Assembly: GCA_964424485.1 (NCBI GenBank)
Contig: CAYRJB010000001.1
Location: 9,595-64,700, forward strand
Direction: 5' to 3'
Source: an uncultured Actinomycetes bacterium
Lineage (GTDB): Bacteria > Actinomycetota > Actinomycetes > Nanopelagicales > Nanopelagicaceae
DNA length: 55,106 nucleotides
In this document: positions 37,954-46,340 of the stretch, in pieces
Layout of the letters: every line of letters starts with the position of its first letter
Position numbering within the stretch: position 1 is the first letter of the stretch
Position numbers and translations under genes: made by a program
Notes under the pieces: generated by a model
What the model saw: the letters and a program-made list of their open reading frames with translations, nothing else
What the model was told of the DNA's origin: nothing
Database searches by the model: none

Positions 37954-39632
37954 TGAAGATTCGCTCGCACATTCCTACCATCGTTAGTCGATTCGCATTT
38001 ATTGCCGGATTGGCCGACATTCTCGCCAATGTGCTCTACCCGCTCAAAATTCGCAAACATGAACTTGAAACTTATCTACCAATTTTCGTGAATTCCGCTG
38101 CATTTGCTACTGCGGTAATCACGGGATTTGGCCTCATAGTGCTTGCGCGCAACCTCAGGCGTCGGAAAAAACGCGCATGGATTTTTACAGTGATTCTATT
38201 GAGCATAAATATTTTTTCAGATCTCTTTAGATTGCATTACCACCCAGGCCAAGTGGCTGGCGCAGCATTGTTATTAATTCTTCTGATTATTTATCGAAAT
38301 GAGTTTTACGCTCAATCAGATCCATCTACACGAATGAAACCTCTCTACGCATTTGGTTTCGCGTTCTTTGTTATGTTCTTATCTGGCTTACTCATTCTGC
38401 TCAATCGTCACCGTGACGCTTTTCTAGGCTCTCCCTCTGTATGGCAATTGACTCAGACAGTGCTTCTTGGCTTCATTGGAATTCCGGGACCAGTCAACTT
38501 TGTCACAGAGCGAATGAGTGACATGGTCACGACTACGCTTTCTATTCTCGGAATTTTTACAGTAATCGTTCCATTTATGTATTTTTTTAAGCGAATCAGC
38601 CCTATCGCAAAACAATCACCTGAAGAACGAGAAATCATCAAGGATTTAATCAGAATTGATACCGAACAAGATTCCTTAGGATATTTCGCAACTCGAGCAG
38701 ATAAAAGTGTTGTTTGGGCAAAAAATCGTAAGGCGGGAATTGCTTATCGAGTTCAAAATGGCGTGATGCTTGCGAGTGGAGATCCTTTTGGAGAATTCAG
38801 TTTGTGGCCGGATGCGATACAAGAATTTCTCGCTATCGCTCGCTCGCATGCATGGACCCCAGCAGTAATGGGGGCAAGTGATCGTGGTGGAGAAGTGTGG
38901 GTTAAAAAAGCAGAGATGCTTGCTGTGGATATTGGGGACGAAGCTGTAATACATGTAAAAGATTTCACTCTCGAAGGCAAGCCAATGGGAAATGTCAGAA
39001 ATATGATTAATAAAGTAAGTAAGAAAGGTTATTCAGCAAAGTCGCAAAAATGGAGTGAACTAGATTCAGAAACAAAGACAGAACTTAAGGCACTTACAAA
39101 AAAATGGAGATATGGCGCCGAAGAACGTGGATTCTCTATGTCAATGGATCGTTTTGGCGATGATTCAGACTCGGAATCGGTCATAACAATTGCCCGTTGC
39201 GATGGAAAAATTTTGGGACTTCAATATTTTGTTCCGTGGTCTTCACACTCCCTATCACTTGATCGCATGCAACGTGATCGAGACGCAGAAGCTGGTGTTA
39301 ATGAGTTGATGATCGCCACGACTGTTGAATATGCTCGTAGTCAAGATATGAAATATGTTTCGCTCAATTTTGCTGCTTTTAGATCTCTATTTGAACGCGC
39401 AGATAAAATAAGTGCAGGTCCGGTCACCCGAGGCATGCGCAATCTCATTCGCTTATTTTCAAACTATTTCCAAGTTGAATCGCTTTTCAGATTCAATGCA
39501 AAGTTCTATCCGGAATGGCAGACAAGGTATGTCCTCTACCCCAAGGCGCGCGACCTGCCATCTGTTGCCTGGGCAGCCATCAAGGCGGAGCAATTCATCA
39601 AAGGTTTCGGCAAACGCAGAACCAGCGTATAG
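37953..39632 (+). CDS. MprF/LysX-type aminoacyl-phosphatidylglycerol (aminoacyl-lipid) synthase domain protein (DUF2156 family)
   Basis: N-terminal ~6 TM helices, then a cytoplasmic domain with the characteristic LGYFATRADKSVVW...GIAYRV.NGV.LASGDPFG...W.PAVMGAS stretch seen in MprF and mycobacterial LysX. 559 aa, with no fused LysRS and no large flippase domain. Confidence 0.8.
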   Translation: MKIRSHIPTIVSRFAFIAGLADILANVLYPLKIRKHELETYLPIFVNSAAFATAVITGFGLIVLARNLRRRKKRAWIFTVILLSINIFSDLFRLHYHPGQVAGAALLLILLIIYRNEFYAQSDPSTRMKPLYAFGFAFFVMFLSGLLILLNRHRDAFLGSPSVWQLTQTVLLGFIGIPGPVNFVTERMSDMVTTTLSILGIFTVIVPFMYFFKRISPIAKQSPEEREIIKDLIRIDTEQDSLGYFATRADKSVVWAKNRKAGIAYRVQNGVMLASGDPFGEFSLWPDAIQEFLAIARSHAWTPAVMGASDRGGEVWVKKAEMLAVDIGDEAVIHVKDFTLEGKPMGNVRNMINKVSKKGYSAKSQKWSELDSETKTELKALTKKWRYGAEERGFSMSMDRFGDDSDSESVITIARCDGKILGLQYFVPWSSHSLSLDRMQRDRDAEAGVNELMIATTVEYARSQDMKYVSLNFAAFRSLFERADKISAGPVTRGMRNLIRLFSNYFQVESLFRFNAKFYPEWQTRYVLYPKARDLPSVAWAAIKAEQFIKGFGKRRTSV

Positions 39633-41078
<1,446 letters not shown>

Positions 41079-41081
41079 TAA

Positions 41082-41318
41082 CTAATCAATCTCACGATCG
41101 GGATCATTGGAACCGTCCCAAGGTTCTTGAGGTTGAGCAAGTTTCCAATACATGTAATATAAAAAGAGTGCGAAAAATGGCCATTCAAATGTATACATCC
41201 AGCTTCTTGAATTGCCAGCGAGCGCTCTTTGTAATTGAAAGAATCCCATCACAAGGCAGAGTGGAATTCCCAATAACAGCCACTTGCGTCTAGGTTCTTG
41301 CTCTTCGTTATTTTTCAT
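41082..41318 (-). CDS. small two-TM membrane protein (hypothetical)
   Basis: 78 aa with two hydrophobic helices (WLLLGIPLCLVMGFF; WPFFALFLYYMYW). Its start overlaps the 3' end of the upstream CtaG-like gene by 11 nt. A + strand shadow ORF (41066..41293) looks non-protein-like. Confidence 0.5.
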   Translation of the reverse strand: MKNNEEQEPRRKWLLLGIPLCLVMGFFQLQRALAGNSRSWMYTFEWPFFALFLYYMYWKLAQPQEPWDGSNDPDREID

Positions 41319-42060
41319 CTTCTAATTCCGCTTGGCGTTGTTCATCAGCAAACCAATCGCGAGCTGCAAGCACAATCCAAATGGTATCGATAATCATTCC
41401 CATCGCCCACATGATTCCACCACCAGTATGTTGATCGTGAAGACCTTTACTGAATGAAGTGCCGGCAGGAATGTCATGCACCAACCGATTTCCCGAATAT
41501 AGAAAAAATCCGGTCATGGTTTCGGGCAGCATCATTGCAAAGAGGGAAATCACTCTGTGAGAGTAGGGAACAAAATATGGATGCGGATTACCTTCCAAGA
41601 CAGGGTAGTAATAGATCACTCCACCAAGGAAAAATAGAATGAGCTCGAGGTAATGAATATGTGTGTTCACCATTCCTGCATTTGCCAGTGGGCCAAAATG
41701 TGTCGCCAACAAGATAAATAAGAAAATCACGAAACCTATCTCAGCTCGAAGCAGATATCGGATAAAAGTTTTGTCGATTCGCCAAATGGTAAAAGGAGCC
41801 CCTAAAACAAAGAGCGGTGAAATCAGCATCATGAGGCTGATGTGCTGCACCATATGCGTCGTGAAGTTATGTGTAGCGTGATGAGGTAGTGGGCCTACAA
41901 GCACAATGGCGGCCAAGAATATAGATGTGTAGAAGAGGATTCGCCTGACAAGTGGGATCTGCCTCGAGCCTCGAAAATAGGAAATCCCTAGAGCAATAAG
42001 CGCTCCGGCAAACAAGAAGTCCCAAATCAGCATCTGCCTGGCCCCCTTTCGCGAATCCAC
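41308..42060 (-). CDS. ctaG: cytochrome c oxidase assembly factor, Caa3_CtaG family
   Basis: Polytopic membrane protein with the family's His-rich helix (FTTHMVQHISLMMLISPLFVLGAP) and a GGIMW region. The ORF opens at GTG 42060. ATG 42033, preceded by AAAGGGGG, is the more likely start. Confidence 0.75.
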   Translation of the reverse strand: MDSRKGARQMLIWDFLFAGALIALGISYFRGSRQIPLVRRILFYTSIFLAAIVLVGPLPHHATHNFTTHMVQHISLMMLISPLFVLGAPFTIWRIDKTFIRYLLRAEIGFVIFLFILLATHFGPLANAGMVNTHIHYLELILFFLGGVIYYYPVLEGNPHPYFVPYSHRVISLFAMMLPETMTGFFLYSGNRLVHDIPAGTSFSKGLHDQHTGGGIMWAMGMIIDTIWIVLAARDWFADEQRQAELEDEK

Positions 42061-42149
42061 ATAAAAAATTCCCCTCTAATCCTTTTCTAAGCCTACATAC
42101 AGGCGTACCCTCCTCAGGTGACTTGCTTCACAAACCCGTAAAACCCAGA

Positions 42150-42174
42150 AGACAAACAAGAGACAAACAAGAGA
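42150..42174 (+). repeat. tandem 11-bp direct repeat (AGACAAACAAG x2 plus AGA)
   Basis: Exact period-11 repetition read directly at 42150-42160, 42161-42171 and 42172-42174. It lies 13 nt upstream of the GTG start at 42187, in the divergent ctaG / oxidase-operon intergenic region. Confidence 0.85.
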
Positions 42175-42186
42175 TAAAGAGGAATA

Positions 42187-42909
42187 GTGGAAACGAAATC
42201 AGGATCAAAGCGTTTGATCAGCGCCCTGGTCTTCACTCTCTTAGGTTCATCCCTCGTTGCCGGGGTAGGGCTCACGCTACATAAGTTGAGCGCTGACCCA
42301 CACGGCAAGCTATATGCAACCAAAGAGAGCGACACCATTGATGTCAACGGAAAGACATATCCAAAAGCCAACGTAACCCTCGGCGTCTATGCCGACAAGG
42401 AACAAGCTAAGGAAGATGGATTCGAAGGAAACAAAATGGACTACGTCCAATATGGCCCTTCATCGCACATTGTTCTCCCGGCCCATACATACGTCACTAT
42501 CACTATTCACGGATACGATGGCGGTGAATCTCTTAATAACGCATATTTCGGAAAGGTAGTTGGAACAGTTGGCGGAACAGTCAACGTCGATGGTGAAACC
42601 ATCAGCCAACTAGGAATGGAAGAAGTTCAACATACCTTCACCATTCATGGAATTCCCGACAGGAAACAAGATCCTCTCTTCGTCAACGTTCCACTTAAGA
42701 AGGTTGAAGAAGGAGACGAAGGCTTCCTTCCTACAAAAGACCCCATCACACATTTTAAGGGTCACACAACAACATTCTCATTCATCACGGGCGGTAAAGG
42801 CGAATACGTGTGGAATTGTCAGTTCCCATGTGGCGATAAGACATTCGCTAAATTCGGAGCTGCAATGAGCGCATATGGATATATGTCCGGAAAGATCACG
42901 GTGAATTAA
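42187..42909 (+). CDS. membrane-anchored cupredoxin-like protein, degenerate CuA (subunit II-like) domain
   Basis: One N-terminal TM helix (LISALVFTLLGSSLVAGVGL). The C-terminal GEYVWNCQFPCG aligns with the G-x-Y-x3-C-x-E-x-C-G CuA loop, but the distal His and Met are missing. GTG start after AAGAGGA. The stop overlaps the ctaC start (TAATG). Confidence 0.7.
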   Translation: METKSGSKRLISALVFTLLGSSLVAGVGLTLHKLSADPHGKLYATKESDTIDVNGKTYPKANVTLGVYADKEQAKEDGFEGNKMDYVQYGPSSHIVLPAHTYVTITIHGYDGGESLNNAYFGKVVGTVGGTVNVDGETISQLGMEEVQHTFTIHGIPDRKQDPLFVNVPLKKVEEGDEGFLPTKDPITHFKGHTTTFSFITGGKGEYVWNCQFPCGDKTFAKFGAAMSAYGYMSGKITVN

Positions 42910-43700
42910 TGTCTGAACATAACACCGAAGATTTACGCCCAACACCTGGTCAGCGTGCATCACGTGTACTAAAGCGCACTGATGTTAAACAAACTTTCGC
43001 ATACGGAGTCTTCTGGACAATTGTCTTCACTGTGCTTGGTTTGTATTTCTATCCACGATGGATGCCAGAAGCTCTCTCTGAAGATATGACACGCATGAAA
43101 GAGATCATGGTCGGATTTACTGTTGTATCCGCTCCGATTGCTGGATTAGTTCTTGGAATAGCTACACAAGCGTTCATGAATCGTCATAAAGGTGATACAC
43201 CTCCCCTGGAAGGTCCAGCAGTTCGAACCAATGGACCTGTTGTGGTTGTGTGGACTGTAGTTTCTTCAATCTTCTGCCTCGTTGCAGTTGTATGGGGATT
43301 AATTGAAGTCAACCAAATGGCATCAGCAGCGACTACCAATGCGAAACAATCCCTCAAAGTAGAAGTCACTGGCCAACAATGGGTTTGGTCATTCAAATAT
43401 CCTGAGCTTGGCGTTGAGTCAGATCAACTCATGTTGCCAATTGATCGTCCAGTGGATTTTGAAGTTGTCTCTGTCGACGTGAATCACTCTTTCTGGCCAG
43501 TCCAGCTCGGAGTTAAAGTCGATGCAAATAACAAGGCTCCGACACATGTTTACACAGTCCCAAATAAACTTGGAAAAATTGATGTGAAGTGTGCCGAACT
43601 TTGCGGTCTCCACCATGCATATATGGAGACAGATGGTGAAGTTATGAGCCAAGAAGACTTCAATGCATGGGTGAGCGCAAACGGAGGACATTCAGCATGA
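42909..43700 (+). CDS. ctaC: cytochrome c oxidase subunit II (CuA subunit)
   Basis: TM helices plus a cupredoxin domain with complete CuA ligands (DVNHSF ... CAELCGLHHAYM). Its stop overlaps the ctaD start (ATGA). Confidence 0.9.
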   Translation: MSEHNTEDLRPTPGQRASRVLKRTDVKQTFAYGVFWTIVFTVLGLYFYPRWMPEALSEDMTRMKEIMVGFTVVSAPIAGLVLGIATQAFMNRHKGDTPPLEGPAVRTNGPVVVVWTVVSSIFCLVAVVWGLIEVNQMASAATTNAKQSLKVEVTGQQWVWSFKYPELGVESDQLMLPIDRPVDFEVVSVDVNHSFWPVQLGVKVDANNKAPTHVYTVPNKLGKIDVKCAELCGLHHAYMETDGEVMSQEDFNAWVSANGGHSA

Positions 43701-45562
43701 CACTTCACGAAGCAACTTCCCACGCACGTCCAATTCCAAATCCAAAGAAAAGTTTGATTACCAAACTCTCGATGTGGACGGGAATTCCTGTCGGAGTTGT
43801 TTTTGGATTCGGTACATATTTCTTGGTTCGCCCTACTGATCCAGAAGCAGCTAACTTCTACCTCGTTCAAAACCGCGCGATTCTTGGCGGTCTTTTGATG
43901 TGGTCTGTTGGTTTCCTTATTGGTATCGGAGCATTTATCGGACCATTCCGTTGGCTCATCGGTAAAGATCTCACTGCTGAAGAGCAGTTGTATCTCGCAG
44001 GTGATGGCCAAGGAATTAAGCGCTACTTCAAGTACTGCACAGATCACAAGGTTGTTGGTATTCAATACCTTGTTGGTGTCATGGCGATGCTTGCAGTTGG
44101 TGGCGGAATGGCGATGATGATTCGTACAGATCTCGCCTTCCCTGGCGGACATTTCATCAACCCTACGGTTTACAACTCACTTGTTGGTATGCATGGCATC
44201 ACGATGATTGTTGCGATGATTATTGTGGCGACAGGACCATTCGGTAACTACATCATGCCAATCATGATTGGTGCGCGCGATATGGCATTCCCACGTCTCA
44301 ACGCATTGTCATGGTGGGTTCTCTTCACCGCTATCCCTGTGCTTTGCAGCGCATGGTTCCTCGGTGGAATCCCAACAGGTTGGACAGCGTATGCACCACT
44401 CAGCATCCAAGCTGGTCCTGGTATGAACTCATTTATCGGAACAATTATTATCTTCGCAGTTTCAACTGCAGTTGCTGGTGCAAACATCACCGCAACTGTT
44501 GTTGCGATGCGCACAAAGGGAATGAAGTGGAATCGCGTACCAATCTTCGTTATTGGCGCAACCATTTCTGTAGCACTTGCTATCCCTGCGTTCCCAACAT
44601 TCATGCTCTCGCAAATTCAAACTGCGATGGATCGCATGTTTGCAACTGGTTTCTACGATGCTCATCAAGGTGGTAGCGGTTGGTTGTATGCGCACCTGTT
44701 CTGGATTATGGGCCACCCAGAGGTTTATGTGATCTTGTTGCCTGGCGTTGCAATCCTTATGGAAATTGCACCAGTCTTCGTTCGCAAGCCTCTCTTCTCA
44801 TATAACGCAGCTGTTCTTGGCTTTGCAGGTATTGCTGGCCTTTCAGTTCTTGTATGGGCCCACCACATGTACATCGCAGGATGGTCACCGGCACTTAACG
44901 GACCATTCATGGTGACAACAGAGATGATCTCAGTGCCTACTGGACTTCTTTTCTTGGTGATTCTTGGAACGCTATGGCGCGGACGTCCTTGGATGAAAGT
45001 ACCGATGCTTGGAACATTCGCATTCCTTTGGAACTTCATCATTGGTGGAATCACTGGTATCTATCTCTCAGATGTACCTGCTGATAACTATCTCCACGGC
45101 TCTATGTTCGTGACTGCTCACTTCCACTTCACATTGATGGGTGCAGCGCTGACCGGTGCTGTAGCTGGACTTTCATATTGGTTCCCGAAGATGACAGGTC
45201 GCATGATGGACGAGAAAGGATCGTTGGTTGCCTTCTGGTTAACTCAGATTGGCTTCAATATTCTCTTCCTCGGAATGTTCATTGCAGGCTCTGAAGGACA
45301 GCCTCGTCGCGTAACAAGCTATGCATCTGTATATGCGCATGCAAACATGATTAGCACTGCGGGTGCATACATGGTTGGCCTTGGCTTCATTGTCCTTCTC
45401 TGGTCGGTTGTTCACTCATGGCGTCACGGTGTTATTGCACCTAAGAACCCATGGGGTGCAAAGACTCTCGAGTGGACAGTTCCTTATCCCGTTCCACTTG
45501 AAAATTTCGATGAATTGCCAACGATCACAAGCGATCCTTACGGCTATGGAAAGGGCAACTAA
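43697..45562 (+). CDS. ctaD: cytochrome c oxidase subunit I (A-type haem-copper oxidase, atypical K-channel)
   Basis: Haem/CuB ligands are present (MHG, GHPEVY, AHHMY, AHFHF), as is the D-channel Asp in GARDMAFPRLN. Start ATG 43697 with GGAGG 8 nt upstream; the longer ORF from 43667 is unlikely. Confidence 0.92.
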   Translation: MTLHEATSHARPIPNPKKSLITKLSMWTGIPVGVVFGFGTYFLVRPTDPEAANFYLVQNRAILGGLLMWSVGFLIGIGAFIGPFRWLIGKDLTAEEQLYLAGDGQGIKRYFKYCTDHKVVGIQYLVGVMAMLAVGGGMAMMIRTDLAFPGGHFINPTVYNSLVGMHGITMIVAMIIVATGPFGNYIMPIMIGARDMAFPRLNALSWWVLFTAIPVLCSAWFLGGIPTGWTAYAPLSIQAGPGMNSFIGTIIIFAVSTAVAGANITATVVAMRTKGMKWNRVPIFVIGATISVALAIPAFPTFMLSQIQTAMDRMFATGFYDAHQGGSGWLYAHLFWIMGHPEVYVILLPGVAILMEIAPVFVRKPLFSYNAAVLGFAGIAGLSVLVWAHHMYIAGWSPALNGPFMVTTEMISVPTGLLFLVILGTLWRGRPWMKVPMLGTFAFLWNFIIGGITGIYLSDVPADNYLHGSMFVTAHFHFTLMGAALTGAVAGLSYWFPKMTGRMMDEKGSLVAFWLTQIGFNILFLGMFIAGSEGQPRRVTSYASVYAHANMISTAGAYMVGLGFIVLLWSVVHSWRHGVIAPKNPWGAKTLEWTVPYPVPLENFDELPTITSDPYGYGKGN

Positions 45563-46164
45563 TGTCTAATGACACTCAGTTTCATATCCATCACGACGCA
45601 CCTGCAGTAGTGGGCCGTCGCGAACGCCTCGGTGTTCGTTTATTGATTGTTGCCGATGGTGCATTTGTTGCAGGGATGATCTTCACTTACTTCTACCTTC
45701 GTGGGTTGAATCAAGGTGGACATTGGTTGCCAGAAAACAAAGATCATGTCTTCTCAACAGCTTCAGGTTGGTTGACCACAGCTCCTCTGCTTGTCGCTGC
45801 TTTGTTACATCGCGCGGCGGCAAAGTCAAAGAGCGCTGCAATGAGTGGAATTGTTTTCTTGGTACTTCTTGCTGGATTAGTTCTGCAATGGAAACAAATG
45901 ACCGATATGCCATTCATCATTGAAGATGAAGCTCGAGGTACTGCATTTGATGGTGCCTACGCTTCATCATGGGTTCTTATCGCTGGAGCAAACGTCTTCC
46001 ACTACATCATTGGTTCATTTGTCGCGCTCGGCCTCTTCCTCCGTCGCCGTCGCGCACATGTTGATCCAGTTCTAGAGATGTGGCGTCAGGCGACTGCTGG
46101 TTCATGGTTCACATGGATTGCCGTCTCTGGCGTGCTTTGCGCAATCACAACTTCGATTGTGTAA
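45562..46164 (+). CDS. ctaE: cytochrome c oxidase subunit III (short, 5-TM actinobacterial type)
   Basis: 200 aa, polytopic. N-terminal HHDAPAVVGRRERLGV..L.....F.....FTYFYLR resembles CtaE. TAATG overlap with ctaD. Confidence 0.8.
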   Translation: MSNDTQFHIHHDAPAVVGRRERLGVRLLIVADGAFVAGMIFTYFYLRGLNQGGHWLPENKDHVFSTASGWLTTAPLLVAALLHRAAAKSKSAAMSGIVFLVLLAGLVLQWKQMTDMPFIIEDEARGTAFDGAYASSWVLIAGANVFHYIIGSFVALGLFLRRRRAHVDPVLEMWRQATAGSWFTWIAVSGVLCAITTSIV

Positions 46165-46175
46165 ACACTTCTAAT

Positions 46176-46209
46176 AAAAAGCCTCGGTCAATCGCCGAGG
46201 CTTTTTTTT
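46176..46209. terminator. bidirectional intrinsic terminator
   Basis: AAAAA-GCCTCGG-tcaatcg-CCGAGGC-TTTTTTTT: a 7-bp GC-rich stem flanked by an A-run and a T-run. It lies 12 nt after the ctaE stop and could also stop minus-strand transcripts coming from gdh. Confidence 0.85.
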
Positions 46210-46245
46210 ATTGCGAACATTTAGTTATAAATTTTTATCAAGCGA

Positions 46246-46324
46246 GGTATCTGCCTTAGTCGATGCTGGTAAGGATTCGCCGCGCCGAAGGCGCCCGAAA
46301 CGTCCGCGTCGACGGGGCAGTACC
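46246..46324. other. 79-nt GC-rich irregular long hairpin (candidate structured RNA / 3'UTR element)
   Basis: Hand-folded nested helices: GGTA(t)CTGCC / GGCAGTACC; GTCGA(TGC) / (GCG)TCGAC; TTCG / CGAA; GCGCC-gaa-GGCGC tip. It lies between the gdh stop (46341) and the bidirectional terminator. Confidence 0.45.
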
Positions 46325-46340
46325 GAGTGATGAGAAAAAT

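Noticed and set aside
42114-42371. 85-aa - strand ORF overlapping the oxidase-operon promoter and the cupredoxin-like gene start
   Set aside because: It overlaps a better-supported + strand gene that has a TM anchor, an RBS and translational coupling, and it has no start context of its own.
43550-44152. 200-aa ORF on the - strand spanning the ctaC/ctaD junction
   Set aside because: It is antisense to two genes with strong family motifs. The sequence does not look protein-like, and there is no start context.
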